NCBI GenBank assembly: GCA_951406725.2
Contig: OX597829.1
Coordinates: 24,242,001 to 24,306,000 of the forward strand
DNA from: Octopus vulgaris
Taxonomy: Eukaryota
Direction of reading: 5' to 3'
Length of the DNA: 64,000 nt
In this document: positions 45,711 through 59,715 of the stretch, one piece after another
Layout of the letters: each line of letters starts with the position of its first letter
Numbering within the stretch: the stretch's first letter is position 1
Translations under genes and position numbers: made by a program
The notes under the pieces: generated by a model
Databases searched by the model: none
What the model was told of the DNA's origin: nothing
What the model saw: the letters and a program-made list of their open reading frames with translations, nothing else

Positions 45711-48700
45711 ATCACACACATAAAACAATCTTGTCTCCCAAACTCACTTACAAAGCATCAGTTGGCCTGGAGCTATAGTATAAGACACTTGCTGAAGGTG
45801 CCACACAGTGAATTGAACCCAGGATCACATGGCTGCAAAGCAAGCTTCCTAACCACACAACCACACAACCATACCTGCACCTATAGCTATGACTTTTCAA
45901 GAAATAATAATCTAAGAGGTTGAAGACATATTTACTGATACTTGCACTCACAATTAAGGTTGAGTGGAGCTTTAAACCAAATAATTTTATGGTTTCCATT
46001 TCTTAGCATTTGAGAATTAAAATTATTATGAATTTCAATGCTTCATAATAATAAAAGGCTACTTTAGTGAGAGATGCAACATCTTAACTATAACATATTA
46101 ATAACATTTTCATTAAATTATTTTATAGGAGAGGGTTACTTGAAGCAATATTTGATAGTAACTTTCTTCCTTGGTTTCATAATTAGAAAGTATTTATTAG
46201 CTTCTAAATTTACAATATCTAAAAAAATTAACGATATGAAAGTTCATATTAACAATAATCTTTAGATGTAACTCAAAGAATTTTTTCTCTGAACTATCTA
46301 ACTGTTGGGCATTCATATTAAGTGTAACACTGAATATATCATTACCTTGTAAACCACACTGTATTTATTGAACTTATAGTATAAATGTAAAAGACCCATA
46401 AGTTCTCAAATACCTGTGAAGGCTAGGATACTCATAATCACACCAAAACAATAAACAATTTATTTTCACTGATAGGTTGTTTTCCAAAGAAAGCAATGAG
46501 CTTGCATGCATGATTATTTTATTAATGAAATCCCTGATTGAAAGATGAATCTTGTCAATAACAGATATGTTTTTTGGTGCATTGATTTAGTTAACAAAGG
46601 GTAGATTCCAAAGTAGTTGAATTTATTAATCTTATCACTAAGACTTTATTAACCAAAATAATAATGGAAGTACCATTATTCCTTTATGGTAAAACAGTTC
46701 CTTGTTTAAATTTGCAATTTATTGTGACTGAGAAACTTTTACATAATCTAACTCCCATTCAGTTAAATATGTTATTTGATAAGGTGAATTATTAATAGAA
46801 TTATGCTTATGGGCCTTAAATGTATTGTAAGGACACACAATTTTATCATTTATTTCTAAGGCAGCATTTTGCTGAGTCTCTAAATTAATGAAACTGAACA
46901 TAATTTGATACACTTTTTATTAGATAAAGCTTATTGTATATGTCACTGCTAATTTCATACAAATTCTTGGTTTTGTATGAGTGGATAACAATGTTTGTAG
47001 AATGTTGAAAAGTGCTTACATTATTCTTCAAATTCTGTTGCATGCTCTACACAAAAAAAGTTCTCTTTTGTTAAAGTGTATCTCATGTTCAATATATTGC
47101 GTCATCATGAATCAGAATTGTTTGTTCAAATATTTCAAAATACCTTGAGGGTGAACGTCAGACAGCTTTCAATAATACTACAGTATTACAAGTTCCAACT
47201 AAATCAAAAGATTTCCTAGTGTTAACATGCACCACACATTCAATATTTTTATTTTATTTTATATATATAAGATTTGCTGGTACAGTTTTTTTTTTCTTTT
47301 ACTGCTTGAAAATTGGCAAAACATGAAGCTTACAGTCACAGGTTGTGCAGTTTCAGTTTAAAATAAATTTTATTCTATACACACACAAAATATGATTATG
47401 TATACACACATGCATATATACATATTCACAAATATACACACAATTATTTATACATGAACACACACATACCCATTTATATATATATATATGTAGAGAGTTT
47501 TTGAAGTGATGAACAGATATTGTATATTGAGAGTAATAAGGTAGTCAGAATGTTGAATGATTATATATATATATATATATATATATTATTTACATATTTT
47601 TGGTACAGGATCAATAAAAACAAAGGTCAGAAATGAAATGTGTTATGAAAAGGAAGCGGGGCATTTTGAACAGCACATACAACACTTAAATAACAAACAA
47701 ATATAATTTTCTTTTAATATATTATCCCTATGGTGCATGACATTTACCTCACCCTGAATATATCACTGTTTTATGCTCAAGCTGGCCAGGTCCCAGACTA
47801 ACCTTAAAACATAATTCTAAAAATTAACAGTTAGCTCATCAAAATCTCAAAACTACAAAATAATGCATGATTAATAGAAAAAAAAATGTGAAAAAATAAG
47901 CGTTATTTTTGACAGAATAATGAGAATGCTAAAGGGTTAAATCACCAGTTACATTTTTGAATCTAAAATTTTGTTTTTACTTGTATTTTACAGGAAGTTT
48001 TAACCTTATCAAATGAAAGTTATTTTCAGTTGAACGAAACGATAACTGCTGGCTTCATCATCATCATCATCATCATCACCACCACAAATACTACCAGCAT
48101 CATCATGATACCATCATTTTCATTACATCTCCCCCATCACCACCATTATCATCAAAACTACTGCCATCATCATTTTTAATGAACCAGTGTGGGAGTCTTC
48201 ACAGTGTTATTCAATTTCCTAGAGACAGCAGCTCAATATCCCTCAATTTACACCCAACCATCTCAGAAAGAAAAGAACACATTAGCTAATGTAATTCAGG
48301 ATAAGCTATGACACAATGCTGTAAACATAAAAAGGGACTGACATAGCTAAAATTTAAACAGCTTTGATCATAGGTGTGCACTGTAGGAGCCAGCTTGGGG
48401 CTAAATAACAACAATATTATCATCATCATCACCATTAGTCAATTCTATATCAGTTTATTTTAATCACTCTATTATTCTGTTATTGTTGTTGTTGTTAGGG
48501 TGGTAGATTAGCAGAAACAGAGTGTTGGACGAAAAGCCTTGTGGTATTTGTTCTGGCTCATTTTATTCTGAGTTCAAATTTCATCAAAGTCAACTTTGTC
48601 TTCCACCCTTTTGGAGTTGATAAATTAAAGTACCAATTAATGGCCTTGACTAACCTCATCTCTCAAATTTTAGAGTTTGTGCCTACCTATATTAGAAACA

Positions 48701-50116
48701 ATGATTGCTATTGTTGTTGGTGGTGGTGATGCCACTGGCACTGTAATGTGCCTTACATAATATATAGTTACCCTCCAAGGCACAAGTCCGGGCAAGGTTG
48801 TTTATGGAAGACCAGCAGTCACCCATGCATACCAACCTCCTCTCTCTATGTCACTGATGTTATCCAAGGGAAAGGTAAAGGTTGATACAGCTTGGAACCA
48901 GTGACATTGCAACTCATTTCTACAGCTGAGTGAACTGGAAGAGCATGAAATAAAGTATCTTACTCAAGAACACAACACACAGCCCAGTCTGGGAATTAAA
49001 CTAACTACCTCATGATTGTCAGCCCTATGCTCAAACCACTGAGCCATGTGCCTATATACATATATGAGGCACATTGTGCTGTGTTTTTGATTTTTTTTTT
49101 TTCTGTAAAATTTCTTTCATCTCTCTGTGCTACTTTTTTCATATTATTTTTATTATGACTGGCAAGCTGGAAGAATTGTTAACATGTCAGAAAAAGTTCT
49201 TTGCAACATTTGTTCCAGCTCTTTACCTTTTGAGTGAATGCCATACAATAAGACTGAACCTGAAATCACATGGTTGGGAAGCAAACTTTTCAATCATACA
49301 CACACACACAAAATAAAAACATGATGTTACTTATAAATGCAATATCACCAAGTCCACCACTAGGTATCTCACATATACACATGCAGGGAATTTAGTATTT
49401 AACTTTAATTATTCATAGTTTTTTTAAGTTATATTAAGCAAAGCATCATACTTAAATAATTAAAAAGAGCCTCATTAAGTATAATTTGCAAAAACATGTT
49501 GATAGGCTTCAACCAAATCTCCATTTTATGACACTCTTACCATTTTACAAAAAGGACACATGACATAATATCATCCTAGATACACTTACATCTGAATAAA
49601 ACATGAGGTGGTCACAGCTGGAACAACTCTGAACATAGGTCTACTGGATAAGCACTAACCTGGGATTAAACAACTACTATAGCCACTAACCATTCTTCAA
49701 GACATTAGATAATGTAAGTAATAAATATAGTGTCTGAATAAAAGATGAGATGGTCATAGTGGTCACATCTTTACTCATTGGTCAGTTCTGGACCAGAACT
49801 GACCTGGGGTTAAACAACAACAACAACAACAACTATAGCCACTAATACTAACTATTACACTATGTAAGTTTATGTACATTTGGTCTGAATTAAAGATGGG
49901 ATGGTCATAGCTGGAACATCTTTGATCATAAGTTAACAGCAACAAGAACAATAGCCGCTTCAAACATAATGTTCTGTCTATGAGAACCACATTCAATTCC
50001 TGAATGCTATACTTCATCTTTGAATCACTAAATCTTGTTTCCACAGATTCCTAAATAAACAATTCTTACAGAATTTTTCTCAGTTCTTCATAAAATTACA
50101 TGGTTGTTTCAGGAGT

Positions 50117-50515
50117 CACTGGTGGGAGGAAAAACAGGAAGAAGCCATGACCTTTGTAAGACAGCTGACACTGGTGGGCTGAAAAAAGAATGTCCATAGT
50201 CTTGGACACTGGTGGGAGGAAAGGGGAGTGTCCATGGTCTTTAACATTGGTGGGAGGAAAGAGAAGCGTCTATGACCTTTGACATTATTGGGAGGCAAGA
50301 GGAGTGTCCAAAGCCTTTGACACTGGTGAGAGGCAAGGAGAGTATTCATGACCTTTGACATTGGTTGCAGGAAAGTGGAGCACCCATGACCTTTGACACT
50401 GGTAGGAATAAAGAGGAGTAGTCATGACCTTTCATGCTGGTGGAAAGAAAAGGAAGTGTCTATGATCTTTGATAAGAAAATGAGGAAGGGAGTGTCCGTG
50501 ACCTCTGACACTGGG
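50117..50515. repeat. ~38-bp minisatellite, ~10 units
   Basis: Consensus ATGACCTTTGACACTGGTGGGAGGAAAGGGGAGTGTCC. Confidence 0.9.
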
Positions 50516-51295
50516 AAAGAAGGCAGACAGACACCATAGTTGCTGCAGTAGTTGATATTACCATAAGAAGGTGAGGATAGTCAATAATTATTTCAAATCT
50601 CCCTTGCTTCCTTACAAACTTCCTCTTTACAACTGCCATCATAAAAAAAAATACAAGTTGCTAAAAACAATAAAAACAGAAACAACATTGACAGCAGTAA
50701 CAATAACAACAACAGCAGTCTCTGAGATCTGCATTGCCACTACCAACACGTTTTTGTAATCTAATATAAACATGTGTAAAAGATTTAGATGTTATCAATT
50801 GGGTGGCAGGGTAAAACACAGACAATAAGGTAGGTCTACAGGAGGGAGGTAGGTAGGTAGGAAAAGGTAAACAGATAAAAGTATATAGGTAACTATGTAA
50901 GGAGGTGGGTCTGTAGGCAGATGTGTGGGTAGGTAGGTAGTGGAAATTAGTAAATAGGTAGTTAGTCTAGCCAATGAGGGACAGCTGAAAAAACATAGTT
51001 AATGGATAAACTTTCTTCTGGAAAGAAAAATATCAGAAGAGCAGCATTTAGGGCAGTGCAGAGCTTGCAGGGTTTTTGTGGTGGCTGGCATTGATCTGGT
51101 GAAAAGGCTCAGTGATAGTTATCAGTGACTATGTGACAACATTTGATGAAAACTTGAGAGTTGAAGAGAAATGTTATGTTACCTTAGAGCGTGCCCTATC
51201 AATAATACTAAAATAAGACAAAATTATCTTGCTTGGTTAACCTCAATGCCAGAGTTGGCAAATATTCTTCTTCAACAATATCAATTATAATCATT

Positions 51296-51660
51296 ATTAT
51301 TATAGCCATTGCGTAGGATACAATATCATGAGGTTGTTGACCTCAGACAGTACTTTACGCAATGTGCATGCAGTTCCAAGTAATGCCTTTGCAATACATC
51401 TAGATTGTAGGGTGGGGCTTTGATTTCCAGACAGACAAAGTGTTAGAGCACTGGAGGCTGGATATAGTAACCTTTAGGAGGAACAAACAAGAGTGCCTAA
51501 TAACTGATGTAGCAGTGCCAGGAGATCAACAAATCATGAAAGAAAGAGAAAAAGTTGATAAATATGGAGAATTGAGATTGCTAAGATGTGGCAGCTACGG
51601 GAGTTGAACATCAAGGTTATCCCTATTGTCATCGGAGCACTGGGTTCAATACCACCCAAT
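51296..51660. mobile_element. R4/Dong-like LINE 3' fragment with 5' inversion, inside (TAA)n
   Basis: Minus 51414-51300: PYNLDVLQ..ALLGTACTLRKVLS plus UTR and TAA tail. Plus 51415-51660: FDFQTDKVLEHWRLDIV..LITDVAVPGD..EKVDKY..VIPIVIGALGSIP. Confidence 0.75.
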
Positions 51661-52684
51661 TATTATTATTATTATTAGACAGTGAGCTAGCAGAAACGTT
51701 AACATTCTGTGCCAAATGCTTAGTGGCATTCCATCTGCCTTTACATTCTGAGTTAAAATTCTGTTGGGATCAACTTTACCTTTCATCATTTTGGGGTCAC
51801 AAAATAAGTACCAGCTGAGTACTGGGGTTAATGTAAACAATTTACACCTCCTCTCAAACTGCTGGCCTTGTGCCAAATTTTGAAATTATTATTATTTCTT
51901 TTATTTGCCACAAGAGCAACAGAAGGTAAACATTAAAAGTTTTAAAACGTGTTGAGAAATTAAACGATAAAGATAGAACTAATATGACCAAAATAAACAA
52001 AATAAATAACAAAATAATGAATTCAAATACTAAAACAACTAAATAATACAGAACAATAAAAACTGGGCCAGAACAACAATAACAAGAATGTAATTTGAAG
52101 AAATTCAAGAATAAGGTATTCTAAAGATGGAAATTACAAACATAGAAAGCTAAAGGTGGAAATTATTTAAAAAAAAAGAAGATTATATTGATATGGATCA
52201 AAGAAAACAATTACCTCCTTAACATACAAGGATAATGAAAAATAATTAACACAAACCTAGTGATTGTAGATTTAATCATCATTATTTCACCAGAATAAGA
52301 AAAACTCAAGAGAACAACAGAAAAAGATAGAAAATAAAAGATCTCAAAATCAATAAGGGAAAGACATGTTTGAAAGTAAAAAGAAAAACAAATAAAATAG
52401 AAATTGAAAATAAAAACAAGAGATATCCAAAAATCAAAAATAATAAAATAAAATTGTGTTAAATAACAGTTCCTTGCTAAAGTTTATTGGTATTAAGAGT
52501 GCCAATGATTAATTTGAGCAAAACAAACGATTTGACTCAAAGCCAAAATCATTTTTATCAGGAAATAGGTAAAAATAAAATAAAAATCAATATAGCACCA
52601 ACAGCAAGAAAGTAGAATTTTGGTGAGGAATATGGACACAAAGGAATAATCACAGATGAGATTGTTCAAAACTAAGTATTAGAA

Positions 52685-53053
52685 CAGTGATTCTCAACCA
52701 TGGTCGTCTACCTGGCCCTTGAGGGTCCATATAAGATTTTGGAGGAGGGGGCATACAATAAAATTGGGGATCCACAATTGTATTTTATGGGCCCTTGAAA
52801 AATTTTGCTTTAAATGCATGTATTAGTAAGTATTGCAAAAAACAGCTAGATTTCTCTAACATTTTACATAGTTCAACCTACATCAAGTTAATGTGTGTGT
52901 GACCAACAAAAGAATTTTGAAAGAAGTTTCTATAACACTAGATTTTAAACATTGAATAGCTTTAAGGTCTACCAGAATAAAATAGTAATCAAAGGGGTCC
53001 ATAGGTAAATAAAAAAAGAAGAAAAAAAACGGAATAACCTAGAATAACCATTG
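52685..53053. mobile_element. hAT-type MITE (degenerate right end)
   Basis: Left TIR CAGTGATTCTCAACC, internal ggggtccata motifs near both ends. Confidence 0.45.
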
Positions 53054-56000
53054 CTGATGTACTGCAAAAACAAATAACTAGAAACCACCAGGAAATGATA
53101 AGATTTTCAACTTCTGCTTAGAATATTTAACAGGGATGTTTAAAGTGCTAGCAGTGATGTTTAATGAGAGACTGTTGGAACTGAGACCAGACTGGCAGAC
53201 TGCAAGGAAAACCATATTAACCCTTTAACATTCAGATTACTCAGTCAAATGTAACTTACATTGTCTTGGATTAATTGTGCATTATCTTATTGCTTCAAGA
53301 TTTCAAAAATGTGATGGTTTATTTTTAGAATGACATTGTAAGGTAGGAGTGAGAGGCTGGGTCAAAACAGATAGGGTATTTGGGATATGGCTGGTTTAAA
53401 TTCTAAAAGGTTAATCTCCAAAACTGAAGAAAATGCAATTCTCCATTCCTTACTTAAAATACAGATTCATAGGCTACTTTCTTACAGCTTATAAAGCATT
53501 AGCTACAATAATATCACAAAATAAATACACACCTAGGAAAAGAACTCTGATCGTAGAAGAGCAAGATGCTGTAAAGATCAACTACTGATTAAGAAAGTCA
53601 TAACAGAAGACTGTAGAAGGAGAAAGAAGGGTGTGAACATGGCATAGATTGATTACCAGGAGACTTTCAACAGTATCCCCATAAATGTGAATCCTGGAAA
53701 CACCAGTGACAAGTAAGATAACACCAACTGTAAGTCTTTTATCTTTTATCTTTTACTTATTTCAATCATTTGATTGCAGCCATGCTGAGGCACTGCCTTC
53801 AAGGGTTTTAGTTGGACAAATTGAACCTAGGACTTATCCTTTGTTTAGCCTGGTACTTATTATATTGGTCTCTTTTGCCAAACTGCCAATTTACAATAAC
53901 ATAAACACACCAATACTGGTTATCAAGCAGTAGGAGTGGGAGAGGGGGGAAACACAGATGTAAAAACACACATACATAGATATATACATATACATATATA
54001 CAACAGGCTTTTTTCAGTTTCAGTCTACCAAATCCACTCAAAAGGCTTTGGTTTGCCCAAGCTGTCTTCAGTGGGACTGAACCCAGAACCATGTGATTGG
54101 GAAGCAAGCTTCTTACCACACAACCATACCTGTGCCTAAATAGTGAAAATTATTCCATAGTTAATGTTGTTACATAAACATTCACTTAACTAATGCATGC
54201 ATGGAATAATGGATGTAAAATGAAAGCAGAATAACAATAGAAATGGTTGATTCTCTATGAAGTGCTATAGTTACTAACAACTATTGTTATTATAAATAGC
54301 AATATGAGCTACTGTCACTTCAGTTTTGCCAGTAGATGCCAGTGGAACTTTTACTAAATTAAAGCCAGATTTAAATTCACGTTTGTCTTGGGTTATTCAT
54401 ATATCAATTTAATTTACTAAATTTGTAATCAGCAGTGTGGACATAAAAAACTCAGTAAGATACTGACAGCTCCTGAGGCTTGGTTTCCTTAGAAAATTTC
54501 AAAATTATTTCTGCATACACTACTGTTAATGATGCCCTAACTGCTTTAAAGAACACCATAATTCAGTCAGCCAAAATTCAAAAAGGTTGTGCATAATCTA
54601 GCATTACTGACTAAAGACTATAAGAATATGATTCAAGACAATTCTTCAGTTAAATTGGCTGATACCAATAAAAAATAATTGTGAACTAGAATTAAAGATA
54701 AAACACTGCTTTTATGGTCAAATATAATTTCTTGTGCTTCTAACTGCTTTACAAACATTATTTTTGATATTCCTCTATTTTAGTAAACATCTGTTAAAGT
54801 AGAATTTGGTGCCTTTGCATCACACCACCAGACTTGGAAGTTTGTGTTTTGATCTCACTAAAATCAATTCATTCAGATTCTTTCCTAATCTGTCACCAGA
54901 TTTTAAACTAGCTAATTACAAAACCATCTAATACTAAATAAATTTATATCATCCGCTGCCAACTTTACTTCAACACATGTGAATAGAATGGTCAAAGACA
55001 TCATTAAACCAAGCAATTTGTTCTAGTAAACACAAATACAAAAAATGGAGGTTGGCAGTTGACTATTATGAAAATAAATTCACCTACTTAAACAGTAACC
55101 TACTGCCTGACTTAGATGACTCAGTTAACAAAATATCTTCTTACTAGATACTTAATATGACTGACTTACATGGCATGTCCACTAAATTGTATTGCATAAT
55201 TTCAATGCTCCTTTCTACTATATATGCACAAGGCCTGAAATTTATGTGGTGAGAGACTAATCAATTGCATTAACCTCAGTGCACAACTAGCACTTATTTC
55301 ATTGACCCTGAAAGGAAGAGAGGCAAAGTCAACTTTGACAGAATTTGAACTCAGAACATAAAGCCACTAAGCATTTTGTCCACTATGCTAACAATTCTGC
55401 TAGCTTGCTGCCTAAGCATCGTTCCAATGATAATAATATTTACGGCTTTCAAGAAGTTTGTTTTAATCATAGTTCAGAATAGGATTGGCTCTACACAAAC
55501 AATGGCTAAATTATTATTATTATTATTATTATTATAAAAATCCTGCTATCTTGTGAGGTTATTTACTGAGCCTAAGTGAATAAATTCCTACAGAAAATTT
55601 GGCAGAAGGGACCCTAAGGCAGGTGTGTATGGTTATACCAATATCTGGCATACCTTGAGGCTCTATGGTGCTTGGGAATCAGGCAGTTACTTCTGGAAAC
55701 AACTCAAGCACAGAAAAGATGGTTAAGTTACCATATCTGCAATACTATCAACCAATGACAAAAAAAGAAAGGACAACCAGTCCAGTCATACAGCTGCATA
55801 TTTCCAATGAATTACAAACAACCTTATTTATGAAAATAAATTGAAAGGCAGATATACTAATTTAGATAAAACACACACACCTCCCAGAGGTAATATTGAA
55901 GAACATAAAGAAAATCAATCTAAATCCCTTGAAGTACGTCATAAATTTAATATGATACTTAACAACAATAAGTCTCAAATCTATCTTTCATATAAATTAA

Positions 56001-56904
56001 CAACAACAAATTACATCCTGAGTGACTCTATGTTTAACTCTATGTAAAGAAATACTCATGTCTACTAACAGATTCCCTTAATATGCAGATGTATGGTAAG
56101 AAGTTTGCTTCCCAACCACATGGTCCTGGTTTCAGTTCCACTAAGTTGCACCTTGGGCAGGTATCTTCTGGTATAGCTCTAGGCTGATCAAAACATTGTG
56201 ATTGGATTTGGTAGACAGAGATTCTGGGTTTTATGTGTGTGTGTATGTGTCTGTCGAACTGTCTGTCTGTCTGTCTGTCTGTCTCATCACTGATTGACAA
56301 CCATGCTTGATTGTTTGATAACCATGTTAGTTAGTTTATATCACCATAACTTAGCAATTTGGAAAAAGTGACTATTGGAAAAGTACCAGATTTAAAAAAA
56401 AAAAACTGGAGTTGATTTCTTTGACTAAGGTGGTGCCCCAGCATAGCTGCAGTCCAATAACTAAAACAAGTAAAAGGATAAAAGATAAGCATCTTGATAA
56501 GTTTTTTGCTTCTGTGAAAGAAATTTCTAATCAATATTGTTGCCACTTTCAGAAGAAGCTATAATAGCAATCAATTACTTAAAACCAATAATTCTAGAGT
56601 TAGTTAATGCTAAAGACAATAAGTATATGTAGTTTGTTTTTGAAAGGACACCTCTGTAGGCTGCCAATGGAACCTCTCTTAATAAAAATGGTAAAACTGT
56701 AGCATTTTCTTCTTGATCTCTAAATTCTGTTGAGAAAGATCGTTATACAGCTTTAAAATGGGTGAAAAAAAAATGGAGCCTCCTTCTTTTAGACAAGCAG
56801 TTAAACCCCAGTGACTAGTCAGAAATTTGTAGCCAAATATATTAAAGATATAAACAAAATCTGGTATGCACAAATGAGGCAGTATTTAAGTAGGCGTTAA
56901 TGTG

Positions 56905-56943
<39 letters not shown>

Positions 56944-59371
56944 TGTGTCTTTGCATGTGTTTGTCCCTCACCACTGTTTGACAATGGTCTTGTGTTTACA
57001 TCCCTATATAACTTTGCGATTTGGCAATAGAAACTGATAGGTTTAATAATAAAAAATTAAGTACTGGGGTCGATTCATAGAGCTAAAAATTCTTCAAGGT
57101 GGTGTTCCAGCATGGCTGCCGTCTAATGACTGAAACCAGTAAAAGATATGCCAGCCTGATATTACACAGTTGATATATTCGTTAGGGTATGATATCCTGT
57201 TTGAATACGATAACATAAAACGTTGTTTCTGATATCTCATTTGTCAATAGTTAGAGCCACAATACTTTCATTCAGAAACCACAATCAACTTAACAGATTA
57301 CATAATCATTGATTTTTAAGGATCAATAACTTTTGTTATCAATAAATACCTGCAAATTGTTATTGATGAATATCATATTTTTTTGCTTGATTAACCTTGA
57401 AGTATTATTTCCTCAACCATCATCTCTTGCTTGACTTCATTATTTTATTTATTTACTTTTAATTTACCCGGATATAACCAATAAGGTCAAGGAACCTTCT
57501 TTATGTCACTCAAACACTAAATAAATCTACCCCAGTACACACTCAAACATTTAATAAATTTACTAACCTATTACTCATCCTACAAAATATACCCATTTCA
57601 CCACCTTGGAACTCATTCTAATAGAAAATTACAAAACTGTGTATTTTTTATATAAGGTATAGTAAGTGTTTTGTCAACCGAATTGAGACCAGTATATCAA
57701 TGGTACTAACCCCATTATGGATGCAAGACAGTTGTCTAGCAAGATTTGGACTCAAAATGTATAGGCTATAAGAGAATATTTACAAGATATTTAACCCAGT
57801 GCTCAGCCAACGCTGGCATCCACCACTCTAATCATTTAAGTATGTCAATTCCTTATCTTATCTCGTATTTACTTAATGACCAAATATGGTAATTTAAGCA
57901 GCATTTAACCTTTTAAATTGGTTTGATGGTGTAACAGTAGTAATACAGTCAAGCCAAAAACTGATTAACAGCATTATAATGATTTTGATTAAGATTGCTG
58001 ACAGTATACAATTAAAGGTTGTACGTTATGTACATATCTGTGTGTAATTGTGTCAGTGTCAGTATATAGGTGTGAGTGTGTGTGAGAGAGAGAGAGAGTA
58101 TGTGTTTACAAGTGTGCACATGTGAGTAGGTGACTCTATATATAGGTAAGCATGTGTTTAAGCGTGTGTAGATGTATTTTGTATGTGTGTATGATGATAG
58201 CGATGATACTGAAATACAGTGGAGACATTGATGATGATATAGCATTTGTAAGGACAATCAGAGTTACAATGATGATGATGATGATGATGTACTATTATGG
58301 ACAATCACAGTTACGGTGATAATGATTATCATCGCGATCATAATGATGATACCATCATGACAACAATAATATTGATATGCATGCTGTGACAGATGCTGAT
58401 GATGATGGTTATTTTCATATAATTTCATTCCTATAAGTGTATGAGGCACTGCCCACAACCTTTTCCTGTCTTTCATGAAGACACAACAACAATAATAATA
58501 ATCCAAGTAAGAAAAAAGATATTCAAAGAGCTAATGTACTTTTGACATGAATCAAAATTAGATTTTAATTGTTTTTCTTTGAAATTATTTTCAATATATT
58601 TGTAGCAAAACATTTCTTGAATGAGGAAAACCATTGAAGATTTTCTCTAAGACTATAGAATACTGGAAAATTTTGCAATTTCCTTTTTTTTTTTTTTTAA
58701 AAAAAAAAAGGATTGAAAAAGAAAGAAAAAATATAAAATTTATTTCTAGAGAAAGATGTGTATTGAACATTTTCCCCTGAGCTAAATAGTCACATATTAA
58801 CACCTTTTCAAACCAGGCCTACCACCACACAATTATACCCAATCCTTCTTCCAAAAAAGGTCAGTCTTCAAGAATTTTCTTCCTACCACCTACATTTTTT
58901 CCTGCAGTTGTTGATTTAGAGATGTTGAATCTGAATGTAAACTGTATCATTTTCACAGTCTGATAGAGACAGAGAATGAAGGTCATGGCCAATGACCTCT
59001 TTTTTCTAAAACATCCAACCATCCACCTACCCGTCTGTCCATCCACCCACTTGTTCTTTCATCCACTCACCCACCCTCCATCTCCATTTTTCTACCCACA
59101 TATTTCCCTCTTGATGTCAGAAATGTTTAACTGTATTAATCTCACCATTTCAAACTGACAAGAAACATTTCACAGGTCCCTCAACTTGTTAGATATAACA
59201 GACAAATCTCACTCAAGTTACAGCCAACCATCTTGAAAATAAAATAATGGAGTCCTTGGAATGAAATACCTGAGGGAACGATGGGATGGTCATGGCTGTA
59301 ATGTCTTTTAATCACAGCTCTCTACTCACACTTAGGATTGGGTTCAACAACAATATCATCTCACCAGGTAT

Positions 59372-59715
59372 GCTACTTTTAATGGGTAGGGGCCCATATT
59401 AGACATGTTACTTTTAATGGGTAATTACTGAGATTAGACGTTACTTTTCATGGGCAGAGACTGAGGTCAGAAGTTGCTTTTAATGGGTTGAGACTGAAAT
59501 TAGACGTTACTTTTAATGGGTAAGGGCCCAGATTAGATATGTTACTTTTAATGGGTATGCACTCACATTAAACCTGTTATGTTTAATGGGTAGGCATTCA
59601 GATTGGACATGTTATTTTTAATGGGCAGGGACTGAAGTCAGGTACTACTTTTAATGGGTAGAAACTGAGATCAGATGTGTTACTTATAATGGGTGAGGAC
59701 CCTGATTAGACATGT
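59372..59715. repeat. ~39-bp minisatellite, ~9 units
   Basis: Repeated TTACTTTTAATGGGT...AGATTAGACATG. Confidence 0.9.

Noticed and set aside
51900-53720. A-rich stretch possibly an old LINE RT region
   Set aside because: Too degraded to assign a family with confidence.
59372-59715. CRISPR-like repeat-spacer appearance
   Set aside because: The variable parts are related to each other, the sequence is eukaryotic, and there are no cas genes.
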